The notes beneath the pieces were generated by a model. The model saw only the letters and a program-made list of their open reading frames with translations. It did no database searches and was not told the DNA's origin. A stretch of DNA of 64,000 nt from Bugula neritina (taxonomy: Eukaryota; Animalia; Bryozoa), in contig OZ037765.1 of assembly GCA_964035545.1 (NCBI GenBank), positions 18,600,995 through 18,664,994 on the forward strand. The letters run 5' to 3'. The translations under genes and the position numbers were made by a program. This document shows positions 1 to 15,102 of this stretch, piece after piece. Every line of letters begins with the position of its first letter. Within the stretch, counting starts at the first letter, position 1.

Positions 1-361
1 GATTCAACCAATCAAAACCATTGTTGATTGACAAATTACAACTCTTATACCAACATAATCGGTTCGCTACTTGGTTACCTTAAATGAGCAGAGCATCGGA
101 TAAATACATCTATAGTGGGGAGTTATCTGCTATCAACTCAACAGTTGACAGCCAATGACAAGTGTTCACTCCAAACACGCACACACACACGTCTATGGCT
201 CTGACATAAATGTTAAAGACAACCCAGGCATCATCGGTCTTACAGCGTGTTCAAGTAAAAAATCAATCACAAACACCTGATATGAATGTCATTTTTTTCA
301 AGTAAAGAACCAATAACAAGCATATGTGTATGTACACACGGGGAAACCTGGATCACCTCAC

Positions 362-3300
362 CTATATTGAGTGTGTACAAAGCCTTGTCCAGTTTACTGT
401 TAGAGACGCTGGAGGAAAGAGCTCTCAGCATCTTCAGTGTGTACAGGTTGACAGCAAAGTTGAAGACTGCCTCCGACCCGCTGCCATATGGAAGTCGGAG
501 CAGGTTCTCGCTGCTGAGGTCATAGTGCGCGTATGGAAAGAAAGAGATGCCCACGATATCACCTGAAGCAAACAGTTACCAGTCATGGGCCCAAACTCCA
601 ACACAAGTTTCTATTGCAAGCAGATGAAAATAATTCCTAAATGTAGAAAAGTTTTATTATAAGAACTATTACTAATTCAGATGTTATTCTAGTGTGTAGC
701 TGTGACTTATAACAGCTACGTGAAGTTTTAGTGTAGTGTACATTTGCAACCTCTATTGGGGATAAAAACAGCCAGCAAGACGAGGATGTTACTATTATAT
801 CTCAAAAGTCTTTTAAAACAGTTGAAAAAATACAACATCCAAAATGTTATATAATCACATCAACAAGTAGGAATGCACATCAACACTTGTACACACAGGT
901 GCTGATAACTAACCAATAACATATATGGTAGTCTTGGGTGATCCAGGTATATAATTTTGAAGTCGCTTTTCAGGATCTACAATGGCTTCTTTTACCGGGA
1001 CATAGAAATCTGGAAGTCTCTCAGAGTTTGCTATGGTGAGATCCACCTGTCTGCTGGTTATGTAGTGTTCCTGTACACCAGAGTGCTGCAGCATACATAC
1101 AATAATATAGACATAATATGTAAGGCAGCGTTATGAAACAGTTCTCTATAGCCTCAGCAGCATTCATCAACTGCAATTCACGTCCTTGAACTAAAGCAAG
1201 TTCAAGTGAACTCAACTTTACTATCAATAGTTATAAACTTGTGTTGAAAAGAAGTATTTCTTCATTAGAGTTCAGGTGTCACTTCAAACTAGCATTAAGG
1301 AAACAATGTTTGACACATGTATGTGTAAGTGTGTGACACATGTAGGTGTATGACACATGTAGGTGTATGACACGTGTAGGTGTACAGCACATGTAAGTGT
1401 ATGACACATGTAGGTGTATGACACATGTAGGTGTATGACACATGTAGGTGTACAGCACATGTAGGTGTATGCGTATGACAGGGACTAAAGAACTTACATC
1501 GATAAATACGTGATGGTTCACCGTGTGACCGCCAACGACACACGAAGCAGTTACAGGTACAACGAGATGCCCGAACCTCCTGGCCCTGATTGGAATGAAG
1601 ACTTGTCTGTTGCTCCCAGGGAAGACAGGCACGAGCAGCTACAGATGAGAATAAACCATGCAAACAACTGCAAATAAGGAATAAACAGAATGGAAGCCCA
1701 AATGATGCTATTCGTGTGGATTTTACAACATACAGGTTACGCACTCACTCATCATAGCATCACATAGATGACTGCTGTGTCAAATGGAGTAATTACAAAT
1801 ATAACTAGGATAAAATGAATTAGGATGAACTGTGGTAATGGACTACTTGAAGCTAAGATAAATTAATAGGAAGTCAACTTATTTTTCAATACAAAAAGAC
1901 AAGAATGAGCTAACCTGGTGAGCTCCATCCACCGGGGTGACTGGGTTCTCACTGGCAGAGTCTAGATTCAGGTCCACAAACTGATAGTCGTCAGAGGCGG
2001 GGATGCTAACCAATATGTCCATTTCCTCAGTCCAGAAGTTGAATATGGCTACTCGCAGAGAAAAGTGCTCACCAGTTTTTGCGTGTGGTGTTCCTTCTAC
2101 CGTTATGTACATCGGTCTAACGCCATCAAACTGTTTCATGAAAAATATAGTAAAATATAGTATCAAGTTACATTAACAAGAATGGGTAAAAATAAATGAA
2201 ATGTATAACCTTCCCTTTCAAAGCAAACCCCTAACAAGATTATTGCAATTGCAAACTGTAAAACTGTATTCCACTGGGATTTGAATCACAGACCTCCGGC
2301 TTGCAAACCTAGCAGGCTAACCAATTATACTACAGGGACTACTGGGTAAACTCAACACTACACAAACCTGTGTTGGAATTGGTAGAATAGCAAGCCCCAA
2401 ATCCATGCTCATTGAGAATCCCGCAACCACCCATGTTGTGGGAAATGTTGGAACATCAACTTTAAAATCTATACGGCCATCAGGCTTTGTAAACTGGTCT
2501 TCCCAAAGAAAGCTGCCATCTTGGAAATATGGCATGATATGCCTTGTCCGCCATAGTGTGTCATTGTTATAGAGGTCAATACCCTTAATCTCATGGCCCT
2601 TACCTTAAAATTATGTAAATAAACATTATATGTGTACAAAAATACCATGCTGCTATGTGTCCATAACGCTATGTGTGCACTACACTACTAGAACAGTATA
2701 CATGTGCAAGCGTGTGTACGACGCACAACATTACTATGTGGGGAATAGTGTCAGTAACACATGATGCATGATACAAGGAAAATGTATTACCATGAAAACT
2801 AACATCCAACGTAATACAACAATTCACATACTGACAGAAAATGAGGCTATACTTTGCAGAAAAACAGAACTTACATCCCATTTCATCACGCCAATCGAGG
2901 CCACAGAATGGGTTAAAGTTGCAGATGTGTTTGTGGTCATAACACGAGAGGCCGTCCATACATGGAAATTCTCCTAATGTCTTATTACATCTTGTGAACA
3001 CTGCTGAAGCATTTGCATCAGTATACACATACAGCCCAGCATACTATAATGAAATGCAAATTGACATTGTAAAGCTCTTCGAGCTGTATGATGCATGAGA
3101 CGTAAATAGAAATAAACGAAAAGAAATACACATTGCGTCATCTACCAAAAACTGTTCTGCAATGATCCATAGTAAGATATAATTTCTATTTCAATTATCA
3201 TCTAAAATCATATTATTTACTTACAAAGAAGGTAGAGTTAACGTCGTGAGCAAACGAGGGCGTAGGAGCGTAAAAGCTATCATCTACAACTCCATTCTTG

Positions 3301-6300
3301 AGCCAGTAGTGATGTACACTGGTGTTGGCATGAGAGTCGTAAGTGTACAGCTCCTGGTAGACCTGTCAACACAACACAGCAGCTGTCAACAGGGAAAGTT
3401 ATAACAATCATTGACAATCCTAGTCTTTTTTATTATGTGCATACAAAATTTGATTCCACCGAAATGAAACACAATAATTGAATTAAACAAAATAATTGTG
3501 TAATTATAATTATTTCTATTTTCTATCACTGGCTGCATATATTATATGAAGATTTAAATATCAACATATAATTATGATGATAATATACAATTTAAGTAAC
3601 GTGACATAAGATAAATAGAAGAGCCTAAAATTGGTTTAGCAGTGCTTCGGATAAAGGACTATTCTATTGCCAAGTGATTTGGCAAAGTAAGGATAAAGGT
3701 AGGTTATGCTTTACAGCATTTTAAAAAAGTAGGTACTTATGGCCAACTGTACACAATTTCAAGAAACTTCTGCTAATACACAATTGGTTCTTCTAAACAT
3801 TTCACTGTAGCTAACTCACATTTTACAACACACTTGCTAGAACCATGCTGAGTTCAACAACAAACTACAGTCTTACAATAACATAGAACCAAGAAAATAG
3901 ATTATCATACAGCTGTAGAGATTTATAGGCTGTGTGTAGGACGTACCTCTTCCCAGGTCAGGCCATTCCTGGCTCCAAGTTCATACAACTGGTACTCCAT
4001 GGCTGAGAAGGCAACGTAGGCAAGAGGGTCAGCTGTTGCAGTGATTTCTACGCTGTTGTATGTAAAATCTTTACCTCTATTGAACCTTAGAGACATCTAA
4101 AGCAATACAGCATAACATGATAGCAAGCTAATTGTATTAATAATGTATTATTAATTTAATCCCTAGGAAATGAACTTTGATGAGAGGCTCAGTACTGAAT
4201 AACAGAATATGCATTTGATGAGAAATTTTACTTAGTTCAAGAGAAGACAACACCAACGGTAGGATCAATATTTCATGTGTTGGGTTATAACAGGATGTTG
4301 AGCTGAACAGCATAATAAAAATATAGCAAAATAACTACACTAAATATTCCATATAACTCATAACATAGATTGCACATCTAAATGATATTGTGTGGAATAA
4401 GTTCTAGCTTAGAATTTCTGCCTATACCAAACTAATCGTTGCAAGTGTGAGTGTAGATCAAGGAAGTACTGCAATAGAATCTGTAAATTTTCAAAAAGGA
4501 ACGAATCAAATAGTAAAAAAGTATATTTTCGTGTGAAGAAAGAAAAAAACTTAACCTCAAAATAAAACGAATCAACTTCATCAAAATTATATTCTTGGAA
4601 GAATTATGCGGAGAGGCAGCAAAGTACCCACCTCATGAAGGCCGCTGCCATTCACGTGGAAGTTATGGCTGTCTGCCACCATCTGTCCGTCAGGAGCCAC
4701 AAAGTAGGCGATAATTCTGGCGCTAGGTGCCATCTCCCTGGAGAGAGCCACTGAGAACAGCTTATTCCTAGAATACATCTGCAGAGTGTCGCTGACTATG
4801 ATATTTCCTGCTGCAACAATCTACAGAAAACCACACAGGTGAAATCTACAGCTTTTTGCTCATGCAATCTACAGCTCTACAATTTGACTTCAGAATCGAA
4901 CAAAAAATCATCAGCATGAGTACAAAAATTCTTTATAAAACAAAAGTGAGCATATAACTCTAAAACAGTATGTATATTATAGCGAAGATATATATGAATA
5001 TTTTAATACGGCATAAACAAAGTGCGTCAGGAACTTTCTAACAACAGATAACTAATTGCGCATAAATTTACTTTTGGGTGACAATCTCACTTGACTTACA
5101 TGATAGTAGATGGTTTCTATAAATGCATTAGTTTGGACATTGAATATCATGTACTGTCCTACGGTAGGGCTTTTTGTGTTAGTTGTTAGTTGAAGGAAGT
5201 AGTCATTAGGTGACCAGAACCTAGTGGCAGCTAGCTCGGTCACTGTGTCCTGTTTGTTCATATATCTGGCCTACAAGTATACAACAAACAGTATTAAATA
5301 TGCGCCAAACTCCGTACAATACTAACACCAGCACACATAGGCTCTAGATCTAGTATAAGCAGCTGTGTAGTATTAAACATAATGCTACCACCTACCTTGA
5401 ACAATGATGAACTAGACAACAATGTGTGGGAACACAGTATTCAACCTATCACATAGCTCAGGTCTAGACGAAGACCTTCATAGCAATACCCTCAGACAGT
5501 CTGCTCTATATTCCAAGAGCATAGTTAATATGAACTAAACTAATTAGTAAAAGTGTTGACAACTCCCATTGTATGTACAGTATATATAAACAAGAGCAGA
5601 AAGACACTGTCTCAGTGCTATTGCAGAAAAACTCTAAGCATAGAAAGAATATTTTAGAGACCAGCCAATTGAATTTATAACCAAATGACAAAGTCAAGGA
5701 GTAGGTTGAATCAAACTTTAAAACATAAAACTAAGCAGTCTTTAGACAATAGTTTCTAAGAAAAATTGGCACTATTTCAGAGATTTTTGATAGCAAAGAA
5801 TTAGTTTAGCTCATAAAACAAATGATTGTAAGATAAATAACAATACACAGACAGACAGCATATTGCATTTTTCCCATATACACCCTTGGGTCAATAGTTC
5901 ATCAGTTAAAGTTGCGACGAAGGCATGCTAAGAAAGTTCATGTTCTTTCACCGTGTAGTTGGCTCAACTTTTTGAAAAAAATTATCATCAAACAGAGCGG
6001 AAATTTTTTAAAGCGGAAAATGTGAGAAAGGGCTGCCCTACTGCTCCATAAAATTAGCAAAGAGAAATTACAAATATTGTTGGGTGGGGTGCTGTAGTAG
6101 CGACATACCAACCAGACTATCTAGATATCCCACAGCATAAGTCAGAAAACTAAGGAAAAAGACTATGAAAAATTAACAAAAAATGAGAGTGCATTGACAG
6201 ACTACGTAAACGTTTACAGTAGTTTAGGTGCTCACACAGACTGTGATACTCACTTCCACAACAATTCTTCGAGTATTGGACTTGGGATATAGCCAATATT

Positions 6301-9300
6301 GAGCCACACTAGTTTGCTTTGATATGATAATCTCGTCGGTTCGAGAATCACCATCCACATTGCTAGCAGTCTCAAACTCCTTAATCACCAGGTTGATAGT
6401 ACGGTTCTCATTGGACGGACTCAACGGGGAGCCATCTCTGTTCACAGCAGCAATCTAAACACAATCCACTTGACTGCTTTTAAACAAGAAAGTGACTAAT
6501 AACTAAGCAATATTATATAAATAGCACATAGTAAATATTTAGTAGAACTATTCTCCATCAATGTCAAGGCCAAAATTACAAAACATACACAGTTAACAGA
6601 AGTTGACAAATATTACCAACCTAATAAACGCATTGAACAGAACTGCAATTATATAATAATGCCAGCATATCAATACTTACATGTATTTCAAATGGTAAGT
6701 TGGGTTTAAAAGACCAGACGTTTCCGCCAAGAAACTTGAGCTGAACATCCTCATCATAAACTACAGCTGACTGGTAGCCAATAGCCGTGGTGTTGTAGAA
6801 CCAATCTAGAACGGCAGCAGTAACCTTTACCTCTTTACCAACGAGGTTATTAGGATGCTGACCCATCTCTAGACTACTGAAGAAGAAGTCCACCCTGCCA
6901 TCAAACTGAAAGAGAAGAAGATATAATCCCTAACATATGCCACAGTTATAAAAACAATTGAAAAGAAAAACATGCAATCTATATAAACTATAAAATCCAT
7001 TATGATCAGTTTTTTTCTTGTTGGAAGATAATCACAGAGTCATAGAGGTTATTTGCACAGGCGGCAACTTTTTATGTCACTGTTCACATGTTCAATATTA
7101 AAAAATATAATGCTGGGTTACAACCGTAACAAATATCAAAATATTATATCTGAAGAATGATGTATTCTCCATAGTTTATAATTTGCCTTTTACTGAGCAT
7201 GTAGAGAATATATAATTACAGGATAACATATAACTACTTTACTGCTAAGCCTAAAATAGTATTGACATTTTTGACTCATTTGCTCAATTAGCATTCATCA
7301 ATGCTGCCCAATAATTGATACATGAATGTAAAGTGTTTACTGGATATTTGATTATATAGTATTTTAACGTCAGATTACTGAATTTTTGTGAACTTACATA
7401 AGAGATGTCTCTAGCAATGGTAACCACAGGTTCCTTATCCTGCATAGAAAACAGTTCAAGGGTGATGACACAGCTCCCCTTAGTTCCTCTACCAGTTGTG
7501 TGACTAAAGAAAACAGACAAGAGAACGAGTGAAAGCTGAGAATTAAAATTAAATAAGAGATAAACTTCACGTATTCATCTACCAAGTTACACCTAATTTA
7601 AATGTTTATAAGAATAAAGCAACTTACTTAGATGCGACAATTCCGGAAATACCTCGGCTGTTTTTAAACATTATGGTTGGCATTGTAACGTTGACATAAA
7701 ACAGTGGATCATCTAGAAAATATTCACAAAAATAATAAATACAACAAATAGTATACAACTAAAAAGCTATCATGAAAAATATCATTAGTATACAGGCTAC
7801 AGGCCTCAGCTAGCTGTAATAAAAATCACAATATATCCGGCACCATGGTCGCAAACATTCATCATTGATTCATTTAAATTTTAGTGTATATATGTAGACA
7901 TAAAATATGCTATGTTCAATTATAAATAACATATGTATACATTTATCTGTATATACTCGTATAAAATATACTCACAAAACTCGTAAACTCGAAAGGTTTT
8001 GTTGTACAGATGCTCTCTAGCAAAGACCTCAACAGTCCAGTCACCAAAAGCTAGAAGGTTAGCGCTGAGAGGGTACGTCAAACTCACCACCCCACCCGCA
8101 TTGGTGTGTTGAGAGAAGAATTCTCTTACAGGAAAACCATTAGGGTCCTTAAAATCAGCAAAACGAATTACATGCAAATCCATGTGCACTATTTGACAAA
8201 ATATTCTAGAGCAAACAGCTGGTTGAGACAACTCCCATTTTTAAAAATATAACTACTTTTGCAAAGTTCGTGAAATGAGAAATACACAGGTGGATTTATC
8301 TTCAGTAAAACTCTTATGTTGAACAGTTCTGATTCACATTTGTAGTTAGCATGAACAATTTCAGCTTAAAAGGTGATCACATATTCCATATAGTGGATTA
8401 TGACATGATGCATCAAGCAGCCTATTGATTGGCACATGACAATTACGACTTATATTCTCTTTGTCACCTTAATTCTGACATCCATAGTCGTGGAAACTGC
8501 TTTCAGATTGTTCTTCAGAGGTATAACTCGAAAGCGAACTGAAATATTAAAACTTATATGATTAAAAGTAAAGTACAATAAAACGCCAATGACTACATAA
8601 TGATACAAATAAATGTGAAGTATGGAAGCAATTATTATATGGGTCATTTTACTTTATTTAGTACAAATTGGTGAATTATTTCAATATCTCCACCATCCAC
8701 TTCTGTCTTAACATATTGTTTACTTGCATTTGTTTACTTCATGAAAGCAAACTATGCATGCTGTTGGAGTAAGCAACACCAATACTGTGACAATAACAAC
8801 AATGACCCACTGTTCACTACGCTTGCCTAATAATATGCCAGTGTATCCAGCAAAAGAGCATTTCAATCAGCTTTTGAAACAAAATACTCCAAAATCCAAA
8901 TAATTACGAGTTGCAATCTGACTAACTTCTAAAGAAACAACTGAACCTTCTCAAAAACTCTTTTTGTCCTAAAATTAGAAAATATTATTATCAAAAACTG
9001 TTAACTTATTTACCTGTTTGACCTGGGCGATAAAATGGTTTACTGAGCTGAATAAAGATCGACACTTCTTTAGGATCAAAGAATAACTCTGTATCATTTG
9101 AGAAGAGTTGGCCTTGAAGACTAGTGTCAGAATACCCGGCGACCCGCATTGTATAGTTTCCAGGACTCATTTTCTCTTGTGTCTACAATTTCATCAAATT
9201 ATACTAACATAATAATTTAGTCAGCATAATGAAATTGGAGACAGGAGAGATTTTTAAAAACATCTTCGAAATCTTTTTACTTGAAAGGTTAACCAACCAA

Positions 9301-10027
9301 TAAATTTTGTCAGCTTTTAATCATTATTACCAATCATTAGGAAACACTGGTTCTGCTATATTTGATGCAAAATTTTGCAATAATACATGTTTGTCACTTT
9401 GAATAACTGTATATAACGTTAGCAATGGAATGGTTGAGAACACGCTTTACCCGCATGTGTAAACAGTTTACCTGCATGGTCAACTCATATGAGCCAACGC
9501 GCGTGAAAGTATGCCTAGTACTGCTTATTTCATCGTAGTTATTGCCATTGAGTTTACGAACTATAGCAGTCACAGTAAATGTCTCATATTCCATCTTCAG
9601 CACAGTAGCTGAAACCTTGAGGAGTTGGTTTGGATATATTTTAGAAGGAGCCACAACAACATAAGTTCTAAAACATACACAGTAAACATACTCAATTATT
9701 TGTAATATGTAGAACTTTTACAAGGTTAAACAATTTACACATTTATTGCTATAAACAATACAAAAAAGCTATTTTTCAGATGAAGTTTGAACAATTAGGT
9801 TTCAAAAAACCAGATTATCATGATAAAACAACTCTTAAAACAAAAGTTCAAATGGTCTAAATATCAACTAGGTTGATATTTATAGGTGCTAGAATTTTAG
9901 AAATAAACATCAACAAAAATAACAAAATTGGCGAGTTTACTTACGGTTCTTTTTTAATTTCAGTTGAGCCAACAAGGTAGAGAACACAACAAACACTGAT
10001 GATTCCAACTTTGAGAAAACACGGCAT
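362..10027 (-). CDS. Thioester-containing protein family (alpha-2-macroglobulin/CD109-like), Macroglobulin complement-related (Mcr/TEP6)-type; 5' portion only, continues past the left edge
   Basis: 19 phase-consistent GT-AG coding exons: 9945-10027, 9472-9667, 9014-9182, 8468-8538, 7976-8147, 7628-7712, 7398-7503, 6681-6905, 6254-6454, 5100-5270, 4632-4820, 3947-4096, 3225-3362, 2875-3043, 2368-2603, 1915-2130, 1498-1638, 914-1085, 362-562 (~1030 codons). Signal peptide MPCFLKVGIISVCCVLYLVG. A2M-family motifs TYVVVAPSKIYP, SIFIQLSKPFYRPGQTVRFRV, EMAPSARIIAYFV, VPTFPTTWVVAGFSMS. LDLa module in exon 2875-3043. Thioester-site region reads LLRLPYGSGSEA. Confidence 0.93.
1312..1470. repeat. Intronic minisatellite, 17-nt unit GACACATGTAGGTGTAT (~8-9 copies)
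   Basis: Visible tandem array with minor variants (GTACAGCAC). It explains the repetitive tails of ORFs 1279..1632 and 1295..1744. Confidence 0.92.
2266..2339 (-). mobile_element. tRNA-derived SINE head / tRNA pseudogene in a TEP intron
   Basis: The minus strand reads GTCCCTGTAGTATAATTGGTTAGCCTGCTAGGTTTGCAAGCCGGAGGTCTGTGATTCAAATCCCAGTGGAATAC. It has an A-box-like TAGTATAATTGG, an anticodon-loop-like TTTGCAA and a B-box-like GATTCAAATCC at tRNA spacing, but a poor acceptor stem. Confidence 0.6.
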
Positions 10028-10459
10028 CTTGATGGAACTACATGGACTACAAAATAAATAGACACTGCTTTGATGTGGCAAATAACTATAACAAAATACA
10101 ACAGAAGACTCAAGAATTAAATTAAATCTTCAAGTTTAGATACTGATAATAAAATTATCAAATCATTAAAACAATTTCCACCTAAATTAGAGACAAGAAA
10201 ACCATTTAAGCTGTTTAACCTACTTTTTAACTTCAGTCTTAAAAATAACTATCTTAATGTATTATTATTCAATTAATTTTATGAGTGAGTTATGCCATGC
10301 ATATTAAATTAACAGTTGCATATAGTATCCCATTACACTTTTAAATTAGCTATATTGGCACTTTAGTGTTGGTGACATTACTGATTACTGACATAGAACT
10401 GTAGCTCTGTGGAATTACCAGAAGAAAAAAAAATTCTTTTCTTTAATCAACTGCCACGT

Positions 10460-10860
10460 CATAGTCATAGACTTCACTTAGAGTTAGACTGTAACTGCGA
10501 GTGTAGGACTAAGAGTAAAAGTGATACTGGTAGCCATTATGATTATCAGTAACTGTAAGTGTAAGTCATAAGACTAAGTGTAACACGAACAGTAAGACCA
10601 AGAGTAACTGTAAATGTAACATTCACAGTAACAGACAATAATAACACCTACACTGACAGAGTATCACTATGACTCTCAGACTCAGTATCACTATCAATAT
10701 GAGTATCAGTATCAGTATGACTATGAGTATGAGTATCACTATAACTATAAGTATAAGTATCAGTATGACTTTGAGTTTGACTATCGTCTATCAGTATCAC
10801 ATTCACTATTAGTATTACCAATATTATTAGTGTTACTATAGGCCTGCACTACCACACTAA
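10460..10860. repeat. Degenerate 6-nt-periodic low-complexity tract (AGTATC/ACTATG/AGTAAC-like) upstream of the TEP start codon
   Basis: For example agtatc actatg actctc agactc agtatc actatc aatatg agtatc agtatc agtatg. Contains the reverse complement of GTAATACTAATAGT at 10805-10818. Confidence 0.75.
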
Positions 10861-11759
10861 CTTTGTATCATTTAAGAGTAAATATCAATCAAGCAAAATT
10901 AGGCCAAATCTTGAGAAAAAAAAGTATTTAAGGAGTTACATAAGAGTGAAGGTAGTCGAACAAAAAACCCAAAAGCTCGGAAAAAGTAGGTGAGCGCAAG
11001 TTATTACTGTTAGTTTGACCAAAGCTACGACATAGCTTGGCTTCGTAATCAGGAACTGCGTTAATTATTGTTGCAGAGTTGTCCTTCCTAAAATGTATTT
11101 GGACACTGGCTAACGTGTAAAAAAAGATTTTTTTGTACTTAGTGCCAAGTTAAACAGCAAGTTGCTTCGGTAAAACGTTGGATTTTTACTTATCAAAGCA
11201 CAAAAAACTTTGTACTTAAAATTGCCTGCTTTAAAATAATATTTTAATAATTAGTGTATAGGAATATTTTAATCGCCATCCTACTTGTATTGCTTGTTAT
11301 ACTACTAAATTTTCTCTCATAAACGTAACAGTTTTCAGTATAAAATGATAAAATTATAAAAACACTGGTATATTTAAAAAGTCTTTAATTTATAATTTTT
11401 TTAAATAGTTTTTTTTTTATTTTAAATTTTGTTATTAAAACAATAACTATTTATGATAACAAAATTTATAAATTCGAAAACATGCATAAAGTAAAAACTT
11501 TTTCATTACATGTATTATGTATAATATTATATTAACAATATCGCAGTTTGCTACACTCTTCACCAAAGGCTATTCTGATCAGTTGTACTAAGCTCTGTAA
11601 CTGCTAAGAACTACCTTACAATTGTAGTTGGTTCAAGTTTAAACTACATCACTCTAATCTATGCTAAGATTATTACACTTGCACTTTGCAGTGGTTTTTA
11701 ACTAAAAGTAAAACTGTTCGATCTTAATTTATTCTAAAAAAAAGTATCATAATGATAAT

Positions 11760-12170
11760 CTTTACACTTTACAGTTTAACTTTAAGTTACTCATTAGTCA
11801 TTACATTTACTCACTTCATTACTCATTAGTGATTAGACATTAGGATATTGAATTTGATAATCGTAATGATTGTCATTATAATAATCATAATGATATTGAT
11901 AAACTTAAAGTTAAAGTAATGATAATTATTATCATTATCATTATGATTATGACCGTGACGACATTACTTCAATTTCAATTTGGTTTGGAATTTATTAATA
12001 ATACTATAAGTAATAATAGTAATAGTTAATGTAATACTAATAGTTATAGTAATAGTACTACTATAATAATAAGTTTGATGATAACGATAAAATTGAATGA
12101 TTAAATTTAATTGTAATCAAGTTTAATTTTTATATAGTTGCTGGATAATACTAATAGTAATACTTAGAGG
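11760..12170. repeat. Degenerate 3/6-nt-periodic low-complexity tract upstream of the NEDD8 start codon
   Basis: TAATAG/TAATAC/GATAAT-rich run. Contains GTAATACTAATAGT at 12031-12044 and a one-mismatch copy at 12145-12158. Confidence 0.65.
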
Positions 12171-12796
12171 TCGGTTCTAAAAAGTATAACATTAACTAGA
12201 CAAAAATATATAGGTAATATTGAAATTCAAATCATATATTGATTAAAATATAGTATCACTACGAAAACTATTGGAATTTTTGTAATGCTAAATAATAACA
12301 TTAACTGCTTAATTACAAGCTATTTATATTTTTGGCAAAGCTGGACATAGTCAGTTTGTTATTTATGCCAGATTGTAACTAGTGCCCAATATTAAACTAT
12401 TGAGATTTAATCAGAACAAGTTTTAAACACTGAATCAAATTCAATAATGCTGGCCATTTGAAAACATGCCAGGTTCTTTGAAATTTTGACATTTCCATAG
12501 TCTAGATTCTTTCAATGCTTATATAATTTTAGTTTAGTGTAGGAATCCTGAATTGCTGAAAACACTTTTTATTCCATTCAATAGTCTTACTCGAAAATCT
12601 CTAGCTAGACTACATGGTTTTTAATGTTCATGGATAGTTGTACTTGCCTTATTATTTATACTGTTTGGCATAGTTTTTGTTCAATGCCACACAATTTTAA
12701 TGAAAAGTATCATTTTAATTATATTAATTTTTAGAACAAGTGGCGTAGAATTTCCTGTCTAATTTTATTTGAACTTCTACTTCAACCAATCTCAGG

Positions 12797-14331
<1,535 letters not shown>

Positions 14332-14928
14332 TGTTTTAATTAAATAATGTTTCGGTTCTATTCTTGAACGTTGGCAGTCATTTATTTATGGTTTTGCTTT
14401 TAAAGCTCCAATGTATTATATTGCTGCAGTCATTTTAACTCTGCTTGTATATAAAAACTGCATTATGGATTTTTGCTATTTGCTTTTCGTCTGCAATCTG
14501 AATTACTACTGTTTCATTATATTATGTGAAAGACTTGATTTATTTTAAATGGTCAGTAATAATGATATAGGAAACATGCTGTACGTCTAATAAAGTATTC
14601 TACTAAAAACTTGCTGACCTAAGATGGTGATTTAAATAAGTAATACTAATAGCTTTCCTTGCATGCCTACTGAAATACAAAATCTGCGGGAATGTTCCTT
14701 TGAGCTACTAGCTATGTTTAAAAAAAAGGCATTTCACGGTAAAAAAAAGTCATAAACTATAACCAACATCTTGAAAAATAATTGGTAAGCTTATTTTTAT
14801 GGTCGTGATAATTACATTATAACTGTTCGTAGAGAAACCCTCCTTGCAAAATCAACTCGCACTCGACTGAAAAACCATCGAGCGGGGTTGTCTCCTCTAA
14901 CACAATATTTATCTGGGAAAAAGATATC

Positions 14929-14941
14929 GTTGCTTAGTAAT
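14929..14941 (+). promoter_or_regulatory. Candidate RFX X-box upstream of the CCDC192-like gene
   Basis: GTTGCTTAGTAAT, an imperfect match to the GTTNCC-N(0-3)-RGYAAC palindrome, ~170 nt before ATG 15103. Confidence 0.3.
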
Positions 14942-15102
14942 TACAAGGTGGCGTCAAATGGTTTTCTTCAGAATTCAATCTGAATCTGGTTTAGCTATTT
15001 AGTAAGGTTTACTCCTACCAGTAATTCGCTCTAAATGTATCAATTCTAAAGTTGTTAATTTAATGCAACATATTTTTACGACTAATGAATGTTTTTAAAA
15101 GA

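Noticed and set aside
1279-1497. Repetitive His/Cys-rich ORF tails
   Set aside because: Read-through into the intronic 17-nt minisatellite. The real exon ends at donor 1497.
10669-10812. Periodic tract translates to an alternating polar/hydrophobic peptide (SITMTLRLSITI...)
   Set aside because: Under 50 codons, the frame breaks, and there is no splice support. It is a by-product of the period-6 DNA.
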